Below, piece after piece: positions 1 through 10,900 of a stretch of DNA of 64,000 nucleotides. The translations under genes and the position numbers were made by a program. The notes beneath the pieces are model-generated. The model was given only the letters and a program-made list of their open reading frames with translations. It did not search any database and had not been told where the DNA came from. This DNA comes from an uncultured Limosilactobacillus sp. Lineage in GTDB: Bacteria; Bacillota; Bacilli; Lactobacillales; Lactobacillaceae. Where the stretch lies: positions 1,173-65,172 of the forward strand of contig NZ_CAKPXS010000002.1 in NCBI RefSeq assembly GCF_934202235.1, in the 5' to 3' direction. Each line of letters begins with the position of its first letter. Position 1 is the stretch's first letter.

Positions 1-515
1 ATAATCTTCCAGATAATCCAGACAAGAAGTACCCAGAAGGTCTTGCCGAGACGGATCTAAACCAGACGATTACCCGGACAATTATTGTCAATGATCCGTA
101 CACCGGATCTCACCGGAAAGTTCAAACGGTTCACCTGACACGGACAGCAACGGTTGATGAGGTCACTGGTGAAGTCACATACGGCAACTGGTCAACTGGG
201 ATGCTGCCAGAGTTTGACACGCCTGCCGTAGCCGGTTACACACCAAGTCAGGCCGTAGTGCCAAGCATGCTGGTTAATGCTGGCGACCATGATAGTACGG
301 TAACGATTACTTATCATGCCAATGCTAGTCGCTCAGGCGTAGTTAACGACCAGCCAGTTGAAGCAACTAACGCTTCTCGTGGACGGTCTGCCAACCCGCA
401 GTCAACCTTGCCGCAAACCGGTAACGAACATTCGGCTGGGTTAATCTCCCTTGGGGTAGCAAGCCTCTTAGGAATGATGGGATTACTTGGTGGTCATCGT
501 CAGAAAAATGAATAG
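1..515 (+). CDS. 3' end of a sortase-anchored (LPXTG) Mub/MucBP-type surface protein; the 5' end lies left of the window
   Basis: Frame 3 is open from the window edge to TAG at 513-515. Translation reads NLPDNPDKKYPEGLAETDLNQTITRTI...VDEVTGEVTYGNW...AGYTPSQ, then LPQTGNEHS, a hydrophobic stretch and HRQKNE-stop, which is a sorting signal. The module is paralogous to 12590-13132. Confidence 0.85.
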   Translation, partial: NLPDNPDKKYPEGLAETDLNQTITRTIIVNDPYTGSHRKVQTVHLTRTATVDEVTGEVTYGNWSTGMLPEFDTPAVAGYTPSQAVVPSMLVNAGDHDSTVTITYHANASRSGVVNDQPVEATNASRGRSANPQSTLPQTGNEHSAGLISLGVASLLGMMGLLGGHRQKNE

Positions 516-556
516 TTAACAGAATACTAACGATAGTTTCTCATTAACGAGAAAAA

Positions 557-595
557 GGCTCTCGAGTTCGGTTTAACCGAGCTGGAGGGCCTTTT
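557..595 (+). terminator. Intrinsic terminator after the truncated adhesin gene
   Basis: Hand-paired 15-bp imperfect stem ggctctcgagttcgg / ccgagctggagggcc with a 5-nt loop, followed by TTTT. Confidence 0.6.
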
Positions 596-729
596 GCGTT
601 GATAAAATTTTGATTTCTAGACCTGATAATATTGTAATGAATTATTATCTTCATTTTCGGGGCTACAAAAGACGAACTTTATGATTAAAAGATGATATAA
701 TGTTCACATTAACTTAGGGAGGCCCATCA

Positions 730-1239
730 ATGAAGAAAGCAGACTATATTAAGTACCTTCAACTGCAGCCGCATCCGGAAGGCGGCTGGTACCGGCAAAT
801 CTACCACAGTGATGACCACTTTGTCCCGTCGACAGTTAACCAGGAACGTTACTACTACACTTCCATTTATTTCCTACTAGATACGAAGTCACCATCACAC
901 TTTCACCGCCTAAAGCACGATGAGTTGTGGTACTACCACGCCGGTGACCCGATCACGATCTACTGCCTGTTGCCGGATGGCTCGGCTAGTCAAACGATTC
1001 TCGGACCACACTTGGAGAAGGGTGAACAGCTGCAATTCCGGGTCAGTGCGGGGACCATTTTGGGGTCAGCAGTCAATGAGGCGGGGTTTAGCCTGGTCAG
1101 CTGTGCGGTGGCGCCCGGTTTTGACTACCACGACTTTGAAATCTTTGACCAGCAAACCTTGTTAGCCCAGTACCCCGACCAGCGGAGAGTTATTGAACGC
1201 CTCGCTTACCAGCAAATTCCTGCTGATTCGGCCAACTAA
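730..1239 (+). CDS. Cupin-fold protein (DUF985-like)
   Basis: 169-aa ORF with RBS GGGAGG 7 nt upstream. The N-terminus KYLQLQPHPEGGWYRQIYHS and HRLKHDELWYYH are typical of the DUF985 cupin family (recognised from memory). Confidence 0.7.
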   Translation: MKKADYIKYLQLQPHPEGGWYRQIYHSDDHFVPSTVNQERYYYTSIYFLLDTKSPSHFHRLKHDELWYYHAGDPITIYCLLPDGSASQTILGPHLEKGEQLQFRVSAGTILGSAVNEAGFSLVSCAVAPGFDYHDFEIFDQQTLLAQYPDQRRVIERLAYQQIPADSAN

Positions 1240-1251
1240 GCTAAGAAAAGA

Positions 1252-1282
1252 AACCGTCAGGACAAGCTGCCTGGCGGTTTTT
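1252..1282 (+). terminator. Intrinsic terminator
   Basis: Stem aaccgtcagg / cctggcggtt with an 8-nt loop, then a T-run. Confidence 0.6.
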
Positions 1283-1425
1283 ACACTGATAGAGGTCTCT
1301 TGTCATGCTTTATGAGCATCGTTAACCATTAACAGTAACTATTGTACATTGAAGTGGTCCCTCAATATAATTAAAAGTGATGAGAGAGATAACGTTCATG
1401 AAAGATTATTTGAGGGGGTCTTCTG

Positions 1426-1905
1426 ATGGCAAAAACATTGATTATTTACTATTCCAGCACCGGGTATAACGACCGGATCGCCAAACAGTTGGCGGCTAAG
1501 ACCGATGCGGACCTCTTCCGGATTGAACCGGTTGAAGAATACGACCATGATATGTGGGCGGCCTGGGACATTGCTAAAAAGGAACGGGAGGAAGGCCAGC
1601 TGCCGGCGTTGAAGAGCGGCTACCCGGACACGAGCCAGTACCAGCAAATTTTACTGGGCGGCCCATCCTGGGGCTATACCCTTGCCAACCCGCTGCAGAG
1701 CTTTTTGACGAAGGCGGATTTTGCAGGCAAGCCTGTTTACCCATGGGTCACCTTCTACGACCACGACGAAAAGTATGCTGAGGACTTACGGGCACAACTA
1801 CATAATGGTCAGGTTCAAGACCTGCTCGAATTGCCAATGTCAGTGTTGGATAACCAACCCCGCCTCGATCAGACATTGACCGACTGGCTGACACAAATGA
1901 ATTAA
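1426..1905 (+). CDS. Flavodoxin-like protein
   Basis: 159 aa. MAKTLIIYYSSTGYN is the flavodoxin FMN-phosphate loop. RBS GAGGGGG upstream. Paralogous in its N-terminus to 18283-18759. Confidence 0.75.
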   Translation: MAKTLIIYYSSTGYNDRIAKQLAAKTDADLFRIEPVEEYDHDMWAAWDIAKKEREEGQLPALKSGYPDTSQYQQILLGGPSWGYTLANPLQSFLTKADFAGKPVYPWVTFYDHDEKYAEDLRAQLHNGQVQDLLELPMSVLDNQPRLDQTLTDWLTQMN

Positions 1906-2122
1906 GCTGGAGTGCACCTGCTTCGTCCACGATAAATGGGCAGCGGGTGCTTTTTCTTGTGGTAGTTTATGCGAGCGAACCAGCATTAAATTATGGTACG
2001 ATATCTATACCAAAAGAACGTGACAGGAGGGAACGACCGCATAACCAATAAGGCCGCACTCACTATCCGCCGGGATCCCGGCCCGTTGTAATGTTGCTTT
2101 ACTAGAGATTGAGGATTGACTA

Positions 2123-4795
2123 ATGAAACAAGTTTACCAATTAACCGCTGCTGAGCTTAAACAGCAGTATCGTTTGACGGATTTTGATGCTGGTCTGACA
2201 AGTCAGGAAGCACACCGGCGACTGGCAGCTGACGGAAAAAATATCTTAGAAGTCAAACCGACCCCCCAGTGGAAGATTTTCCTGCGCCAGTTTAACAACA
2301 TCGTCATTTACATTTTGCTGGTGGCAACCGCCCTGACCATCTTGATTGGTCACACCACCGATGCGATTGTGATTATGGCCGTGGTGGTTCTCAATTCCCT
2401 TATCGGTTATTTTCAGGAAACCAGCGCAGCTAACGCCCTGGCAAAAATTCAAGAAATGATGGCCCAACACGCGACCGTCTACCGCGATGGGCAGCGCCAA
2501 GACGTCGATGCGGCCGACCTGGTTGTCGGTGATGTGGTCTTCCTGGAAGCCGGGGATAACGTTCCGGCGGACCTGCGAATTGTGTCGGCAGATAACCTCC
2601 GAATTGAAGAGTCGGCGTTGACGGGGGAAACTAACTCTGTTATTAAGACGGAGACGGCCCTGGATCAGGAGAAGGTCCCGCTCGCCGACCGGTTCAACAT
2701 GGCTTACTCATCGACTTCCGTGACCAGCGGGAGCGGGATGGGCGTGGTGGTCGCTACTGGTGAGCAAACTGAAATCGGGAAGATCTCCCAGGAAGTAGCG
2801 CAGATTAAGCCAAAGAAGACGCGGTTGACCAAGGAAATCGACCATGTTGGGACGGTGGTTTCCTATATCACCATTATCGGGTCTGTGATCATCTTCATTG
2901 TCGGCTTTATCCTGAAAATCTACTCCTTGCCGGCACTCGCGCTGGCCGTTGTGGCGATGCTGGTGGGGTCGATTCCGGAAGGCTTGCCCGCGACAACCTC
3001 GGTGATCCTGGCCTTTGGGGTGTCGAAGATGGCCAAGCGTTACCAAACCATCATCAAGTCGATGCCCGCGGTGGAAACTCTGGGGTCGGTCGATGTGATT
3101 GCGACCGACAAAACCGGGACGCTGACCAAGAACGAAATGTCAGCGTTTGAGCTGTGGTCTGGTGATCAACACTACACGGTGACCGGCACCGGTTACGCAC
3201 CGGTGGGGCAGGTATTGCAAGCTAATGGTCAACCGGCAGAGCTGGATAACCAGTTGAAGCTCTTGCTAGAGGCTGGCTTTCAAGCCAACGACACGGTATT
3301 AAGCGAAGAGGATGGTCACTGGACGATTAACGGTGAACCGACAGACGGGGCCTTTTTAACCCTGTACCATAAGGCGTTGGGGAACGACTACCAGTCGCCA
3401 TACAATCCCGTTGATCTCCTGCCGTTCGACTCCGACTACCGCTACATTGCCGAACTAACGCGGGCGGCTGATGGCAAACAGGTTATCTTCGTCAAGGGGT
3501 CACCAGATAAGCTCTTTGAAATGGCTGCCAAGGCGGATACTAACTTTGACCTGGCAAAGTGGCAATCGCGGGTTGACGAGTGGTCAAAGGAAGGCAAGCG
3601 GGTCATTGCCCTCGGCTACCGTGAAATTGACGGTCCAGAGCTTTCGGAAGTAGACCACGATCACCTGTACCAGGGTGTGCACCTGCTAGGACTAGCGGCT
3701 TTGCAGGACGCCCCGCGCGAAGAAGTAATCGCCGCTCTCAAGACGATGAACCAGGCCGGGGTAGCAGTGAAGATGATCACCGGGGATGACCCACAAACTG
3801 CCCGGGCAATTGGTCAACAGCTAGGGTTAGCTCCTGGCGAAATCCACGCTATTACTGGTGCCCAGTGGGACCAACTGTCGGCTGATGAACAGGCTCAAGC
3901 GGCCAAGGACAACCAGGTCTTTGCCCGGACAACCCCACAAAATAAGCTGGAAATTGTTAATGCCCTCCAACGCGACCAGCTGGTAACAGCGATGGTCGGC
4001 GACGGGGTTAATGACGCTCCGGCCCTCAAGCAGGCTGACATTGGTGTCGCCATGGGGATTAAGGGTACCGACGTGGCTAAGGATGCCGCGGACATGATTC
4101 TTGGTGACGATAACTTTGCGACGATGGCTGCGGTGATTGAAGAAGGGCGACGGATTTACGACAACATTAAGAAGAGTATCCTTTTCTTGTTACCGACTTC
4201 CTTTGCCGAAGGACTAGTGGTGGCCTTTGCCATCCTGACTGGCCAGCAAGTGCCGCTGCAGCCGGTTCAGCTGCTCTGGATTAACCTGGTGGCCGCCATC
4301 ACGATCCAGTTCGCCTTTGTCTTTGAAAAGGCGGAACCGGGGTTAATGCAGCGATCGCCCCGCCCAGTTTCAGCGCGGTTGATGAGCCGTCACGACCTCT
4401 TTCAAATGGGCTATGTGTCGGCCCTCATGGCGATCTTCGCCCTGGTTTCCTTTGAATGGTTTACCGGTCACGGTGCGGAAGTAGTTAACGCGACGACGAT
4501 GATGATTAACGTGATCGTCATTAGCAAGCTCTTCTACTTCTTCAGTATCCGGACTGACCATTACGCACTCGGCCAAGTCCAGGCCATTACTGGCAAAGCC
4601 TGGGGTGTGATTGGGATCATGCTGGCATTCCAGCTGATTTTGACCTACGTTCCGTTTATGCAGGATGCCTTCCATGTCACCGGCATCGACCTGACAGAAT
4701 GGCTGGCCGTGGTTGTCTTCTCGGCACTGATTATGCTGGTGGCCGAGTTTGACAAGTGGGTCCGTCGACGAAAAAACGCCCCAGCAGTAAAGTAA
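2123..4795 (+). CDS. Cation-transporting P-type ATPase (type II, Ca2+/Mg2+-like)
   Basis: 890 aa with the motifs TGE(S/T), PEGLPA, DKTGTLT (phospho-Asp), TGDD and GDGVNDAPALK, plus about 10 predicted TM segments. Confidence 0.9.
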   Translation: MKQVYQLTAAELKQQYRLTDFDAGLTSQEAHRRLAADGKNILEVKPTPQWKIFLRQFNNIVIYILLVATALTILIGHTTDAIVIMAVVVLNSLIGYFQETSAANALAKIQEMMAQHATVYRDGQRQDVDAADLVVGDVVFLEAGDNVPADLRIVSADNLRIEESALTGETNSVIKTETALDQEKVPLADRFNMAYSSTSVTSGSGMGVVVATGEQTEIGKISQEVAQIKPKKTRLTKEIDHVGTVVSYITIIGSVIIFIVGFILKIYSLPALALAVVAMLVGSIPEGLPATTSVILAFGVSKMAKRYQTIIKSMPAVETLGSVDVIATDKTGTLTKNEMSAFELWSGDQHYTVTGTGYAPVGQVLQANGQPAELDNQLKLLLEAGFQANDTVLSEEDGHWTINGEPTDGAFLTLYHKALGNDYQSPYNPVDLLPFDSDYRYIAELTRAADGKQVIFVKGSPDKLFEMAAKADTNFDLAKWQSRVDEWSKEGKRVIALGYREIDGPELSEVDHDHLYQGVHLLGLAALQDAPREEVIAALKTMNQAGVAVKMITGDDPQTARAIGQQLGLAPGEIHAITGAQWDQLSADEQAQAAKDNQVFARTTPQNKLEIVNALQRDQLVTAMVGDGVNDAPALKQADIGVAMGIKGTDVAKDAADMILGDDNFATMAAVIEEGRRIYDNIKKSILFLLPTSFAEGLVVAFAILTGQQVPLQPVQLLWINLVAAITIQFAFVFEKAEPGLMQRSPRPVSARLMSRHDLFQMGYVSALMAIFALVSFEWFTGHGAEVVNATTMMINVIVISKLFYFFSIRTDHYALGQVQAITGKAWGVIGIMLAFQLILTYVPFMQDAFHVTGIDLTEWLAVVVFSALIMLVAEFDKWVRRRKNAPAVK

Positions 4796-4815
4796 ATCAA
4801 TTGGCATAATGACAA

Positions 4816-4865
4816 CCTCCAACGCTTTGGCAAAACAGCCAAGTGTTGGGGGTGTTTGTTGTTCT
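4816..4865 (+). terminator. Intrinsic terminator after the ATPase gene
   Basis: About 15-bp stem cctccaacgctttggc / gccaagtgttggggg (one bulge, two G-U pairs) with a 6-nt loop, followed by tgtttgttgtt. Confidence 0.6.
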
Positions 4866-4960
4866 AGACCATTGAGCTAATGATGGGTATTTTTATTGCA
4901 CGAGTTAGCTGACAAAGGCCGCTGATTGTGCAATAATTCAATTGATATTGTGGTTATTGA

Positions 4961-7900
4961 ATGGTTAGACCGAAAGAAAGAATGTTGTGGTTTACAATGG
5001 TTGGAAAAAATAATCAACAAAATAAATTGCAAGCAAATGCAAAGCACGTTCCCCACTTTGGACTTCGTAAACTGTCCATTGGGGTGACATCTGTCTTATT
5101 GTCAACGCTGGTTTATCTCGGTGGTAATATGGCTGCCCAGGCGGACACAAAGACATCTACTGAACCAACAATAAATACCGTCAACTCTAATAACCAATTG
5201 ATAGGCAGCCGGGTGACCTTAAAGACTAATCAGCAACCGACTATTGAGAATCAAAATGGCGTTCAAACGCTAACTGAGAGTAAGACACAGGTAGCTTCTT
5301 CGCAGGCTAGCCCGGTAGAGGTACCTGCAAACCAGGATGCCAATGATAATAAAGCAGCGGTTGGTAAGGGCCAGGCTGAAGAACACCAGTTGGTTGATGG
5401 TGACAAAGCTAAGGTCAAAATCAGCAATAACCAGTTAGACGAAACGAAGGATAACTCAACGCTCACCCTTATCACCAATAATTTCCATGCTGGCGACACC
5501 TACCAGCTCTATATCCCGAAGGGTGGGATTTCAATTAGCCAGGGTGACGTCAGCAGTTTGAGCCCATCGTTTGGGACGACGACTTTCGATGATTCAAACC
5601 CTAATTACTACGTCATTACGGATAAGTTCATCACGGCTGGTAATATTTCGCAAAATATTAATCTGGCACTAGCGGCCAATACTATTCCTGGACTAACGAC
5701 GGCTGGTTCCTATGAGAAACTAACTGATCACGCTTTTATCATCAAGAATGGTAAGCGGATTGGTGAGTTCGACCTAAAAGTGGTTGGCAAGCCGTTTACA
5801 TTTAGTGAACAGAACGCTTCGACTATCGATAATGTTGTTAATCACTCCGCTGGGGTTGATTTAGTAACGGAAGTTAGTCCAAGTGCCGCTGGTGTGATTA
5901 CGAAGACAGACGACCTGACTCATATAAAGTTGGTTTACCACTTGCCTGCGCACTACACCGCGAAGAGTATTGACTTTCAGACCACGGATAAACACCCCCA
6001 GACGTTAGCCCATGTTGACGTCACCGCCGCGACGATTGCGGGACAGACACTCACGCTGGACTTGTCAGTTGACGCCAATTCACCATTAAAGAGTCTTTTG
6101 ACGGACGGTAAGGCAGTACGAGTTTCACTAACCGGTGTCTACGATGTTCCAGACAGCGCGTTTAACAAGGATAATCTCTACCAAACGCAGTTGCACCAGC
6201 CAACGATTACCTTAACTGACCAGAATAATTATTCGATTACCCACGATGGCGATCCAGTTGTTCAAACAGTTTTGAAGTCAGGCGACCAGCTGAATTGGGG
6301 GCAGATCGTTAAAATTGACCACCACTACACCGCCGATTATGTCAACAAGACCGATGGTGTGCCTGGCAACACGGTCGATGTTGACGACCAGCATAAAAAC
6401 GAAGGATCGGGGATGCAGGCTCAATTTACACCGATCTCCAACCAGACGATCCATAATGTCGTCATCTCGTTACAGATGCCGGACGGGATTAACGTTCATT
6501 CCGTGCAAATCAATAGTAAAGGTAATGGAATTGACGACCTCGATACTGCTTATGGCATTCAGGTTACCTATACCGACGGGACGACCGAGATATTGTCAAT
6601 TCCTGACAATAACCTCATTACGGGGCAAGCAAATAAAGCCATTCGCTCTTTATCGGTGAAGTATGCGACCTATTCTCCGGATGATGACCTCAGCCTGATG
6701 CTGAATAATGGGGACAACTTTACTGTTGCTAAAAAGCATGCCAATGGTGAACTGGTACAGGCTGGTGATTTACTAGTACTGCAGGCGACAATTGCCAATG
6801 ATCAGCTAAAACCAGCAACGTTTAAGACGACTGAGGACCGGCTCACCACCTATAAGGAAAACGACCAAAAAGGGATCTTTATGGCTGGTATCGGCAACCA
6901 GCAGAATCAAACTCCTGGGGATTTGAAAGCTGGTTCGATTTCTTATGAAGCCTGTTCGTCAGGCTATGGGAATCCCCACTTTGATCACCCGGTGATGTAT
7001 ATCCAGATGCCGGATAATGCTGTCTGGGACCAAAGTAAACCTTTAGAAATCCAGACTGGTGGGACTTCTTTCTGGATCGATCCGCGGTCAGTCATTTTAA
7101 CCCCAAAAAGTGTCACGACCCTGGAAGTTAATGGTCATATCTTCTTAAAAGTTGACCTTTCGGATTATACAGACGTGAAGGACGGTTTCTCGGTAATAGT
7201 TAAATACAATAATGGAATTGATTTTTTGACTTCCACCAAGTACTCGCCGTTCATGGTCGTGGCGGATAATTTGGATAATGGTGTGGGTTACGTTACTCAT
7301 CCAACGGCAAATAACTTAGAGGCTGATGATAGAGCAACCTTTGAGGCGTTGCTCAACCAAGAACACATTGACCCTAACAAGGTTTCGTATAACTCTAGTC
7401 AGTCCAGTTGGTACCATAGCGAGTGGAAGATCAACACTGCTAACGGAACCACGGTTGCCACAATGACCAAGGGGAATACCGATAGCGGTCCGGCCCTGGC
7501 AGGAACCCAGGATATTAATGGGAATGATCCTGCTCATTTTACGGTCTACGGGTCTATTATTAACGCTAACTCTGATGCTAATATCGCTGACGCTACGCAA
7601 GTCATCAACTTGCCAAGTACCGCTGATGGCAAGAGTGAGTTCACGCCTGTTTTGACGGGACCCGTAACCCTGACAGACCCGAACACCGGGGCGGACCTAG
7701 CTAGTCGCGCAACGATCACTTATTATACTGACCGGGCAGACTTATCACAGGGTGCCAATAGTTTAGCCGGCAAGGCGGGCTTGTCAGCCGACCAGGTCAC
7801 CGACTGGAGTCAGATCAAGGCCATTAAAGTGGTCTTCAATAAGCAGCCGTTGGAGAAACAGACGACGGCCCGAGTCACCATGAAAATGGTGGATCACCAC

Positions 7901-10900
7901 ATTTATGACGATGTTGGCAAGACGATTTATGCGACGAGTGTGATTTACAGTACTAGTAATCATGGTGAGGATTTACCACAGGTAGTTATTGGTGCCGCGA
8001 CGCCGGCCTCAGCTAAGTTGACGGTGGTTGGCAAAGCCCAGGTTAAGACCGTCGTCCACTACGTCAAGGATGGTGTTGATCACTATGTCACACTGCCAGA
8101 CAAGACCGTGACCTATGATGAAGGTACCCAGACGATGAAACGGGCCGATTTCTTGGCAAAGGACAGCGATTTAACAACTAATGATCGTCAGCTTTTGCCA
8201 GAGCACATGGTTTTGGATTATGCTCACCCAACGATCAAGAACTCTAATGCTACCTACTCACAGGGTTATCCGAACGGTACTGCTGCGTTTGGCCAGCCGG
8301 TCAAGTATGACTTTGACGGGGATGCGGTCGTCTTTGAAGGCAAGGTTGCCGAAAAGGTTAGTGACACGCACCACGTCACCGAGACCGTTCACTTTGTTAA
8401 GGCTGATGGTACGAAGGTCGCTGATGATGTGGTTAAAAAATCGAAGGACTTTCGGCGAACTGGCTACAAGAACCCGTTCACCGGGGAAGTCAGCTGGGCA
8501 GCAACGACCGCAACGGACACGCTTCCGGTGGTGCCGAGTCCAACTATTTCTGGCTATCAGGCCTCAACGACTTCCATTCCAGCAGTCACTGTCGACCCGA
8601 CGACTAATGATATTGAAAAGAAGGTTGTCTACACCCCAACCAAGCAGACCATCAACTACCAAATTGTTGATGATTCTGACCATGGCAAGGTGCTAAAGGC
8701 CGACGACTTAGCCAGTGGTGATTCGGCAAGCACAGTACCGGATAGCGCGAAGACAACTCTGCAGGGCATTGTGGAGTCGTTCCTGAACCAAGGCTACGCT
8801 TTAGGGCAGGACTACCAGTTGCCGAAGAACTTTGACACGAATGACCAAGACAACCAAACCGTGATTGTCCACCTGCTTCACGGGACGACAGTCCAGACTA
8901 CTGCCAAGGCTGTCAAGCGGACGATTGCCTACTATGACAAGACCACGGGCCAGGAGCTGCCAACTGCTGTGGCCCACCATGATCCGCAAACCGTTAACTT
9001 TAGTCAAACGGCGGTTACTGATGCGGTGACTAACCAGGCTATTGGCTACAACACGACGGGTCACTACACCGAATACACCGGTGCTAATGGCCAGCAGGTG
9101 AAGGTTTATACGGTCGACACGAAGAAGGCTAACGATGCTTGGCAGACGACGGCCAACAGCTGGGACCAGGTCACTAACCCCGACTTACGGACAGCGGGTT
9201 ATGAACCGGCTACTGATGAATCCGGAACGGCTATGCCGACGATCGCTAAACAGACGGTGAGTGCCACTGACGATGACCAAACCGTCAAGGTTTACTACGT
9301 TGAACACGTCGTACCGGTCAACGCCACGACCAAGGTGACGGCGGGCCAGCCAGTAACTGACCATAGCCCATACCAGTGGCCAGCGAAGAACCAGTTTGAC
9401 GCCAAGAATTACCAGTCACAGTCGACCCGGCAGATCCGTTACCAGTTTACTAATGGGACCCAGGCCGCCGATCCAGTCACGGAAACGGTCACCTTTAACC
9501 GGACGGGGAAGATGAACCTGGTCACCGGGGCAGTCACGCCAAACAACGACTGGCAAGCAGTGTCGTCAACCATCGACCAGGGCGGCAAAACCACCGGCGG
9601 TCAAAACGTCAAGCAGTACGAAGTAGTCGCTTCACCAGTGATCCCTGGGTATACGGCGGATAAGTTGAGCGTTGCGGCGACTGACGCGGTCCAGGGGAAG
9701 AACGCGGCTGACGTGGTTGTTACTTATGCCCCCGACCAGCAGAAACTGACCTACACCGTCAAGGACGCCACGACCGGTCAAACGCTGGCCAAGCAGGTAG
9801 CCTTGCCAAACGGGACGGGAGTTTCTGATGGTGCTGTTAGTGATGCTGCTAAGGCCAGCTACCAGCAGCTCATTGACCAGTACCAGCAAAAGGGCTACGT
9901 GGTTGATGCCCAGGCCTTGCCAACCAAGTACGACCGTGATGACCAGGTTGACCAAGACGTGCTGATCACTTTGCACCACCGGGTCCAAAAGGTCACTGGC
10001 AATGACACCACGGTGCCGGCCAAGAGCAAGCTGCAGTTGGCCGATCTGAAGAAGACAGCCACCCTGGATGTGAAATACATCAATCATGACGGGACAACCT
10101 TTACTGGTCAGAAGCCAACCAACGCCCACCAGTCAGTCACGTTAGTCGGCACCACCTACCTTGACCTGGTTACCGGTGAGCTGACCAATAAGCCAATTAA
10201 GGACCAGCAAGGTAATGATGTTGTCAATGCTGGTAACCACAACACGCCAGAGATTAGCTGGTCAACAGCGACTACGCAGGCAGTGCAATCACCATCAGAA
10301 ACTGGGTACCACCCGTCAGATAATCAAGTACCGGCACTGACGATCAAAGTGGATAACAACGCCACGGCAGACCAAGGCTTGACAAGCGGGACAACGGTCA
10401 CCCTGGTAAAGCCGACCAAGACGGCTACCATTACCCGGACGGTTACCTATGCCAAGGACCCGACGGTCAAGGTCATTTACGTCGACCAGGATAACAGCAA
10501 TCAACCAATTGCCAACACCGGATCAGGAGTGCTGACCGGGGTGGCTGACCAGCCGGTTGACTACCAGACGGCAAAGACGTTAACTGACTTAAAGCAGCAC
10601 GGCTACGTCCTGGTTACTAACGGCTTTGATCCGCAGGGGACCGCACCAAAGTATGATGGTTACAACACTGACACCCATACCTACACGGTTACCTTCAAGC
10701 ACGCCACGACGACGGTAACGCCTGACCAGCCAAAGACGACGAAGGATAAGCTGCCGGACAATCAGTCCAAGAAGTATCCAGATGGGGTTGGCCAGGATGA
10801 TTTGAACAAGACGGTTACGCGGACAATTAAGCTCCACCAGCCGGACGGGACAGTGAAGACGATCCCACAGACAGCTAAGCTGACTCGTAACGCCACGGTC

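Noticed and set aside
1956-2122. Possible Mg2+ (M-box) or Mn2+ (yybP-ykoY) riboswitch in the 5' region of the P-type ATPase gene. A perfect 14-bp palindrome gccgggatcccggc lies at 2069-2082.
   Set aside because: I could not find the conserved cores of either riboswitch class as I remember them (e.g. GGGGAGTAG ... TTGACATA for yybP-ykoY). The region is too short for an M-box, and the palindrome has no T-tract. It is left as an unexplained hairpin or possible operator of low priority.
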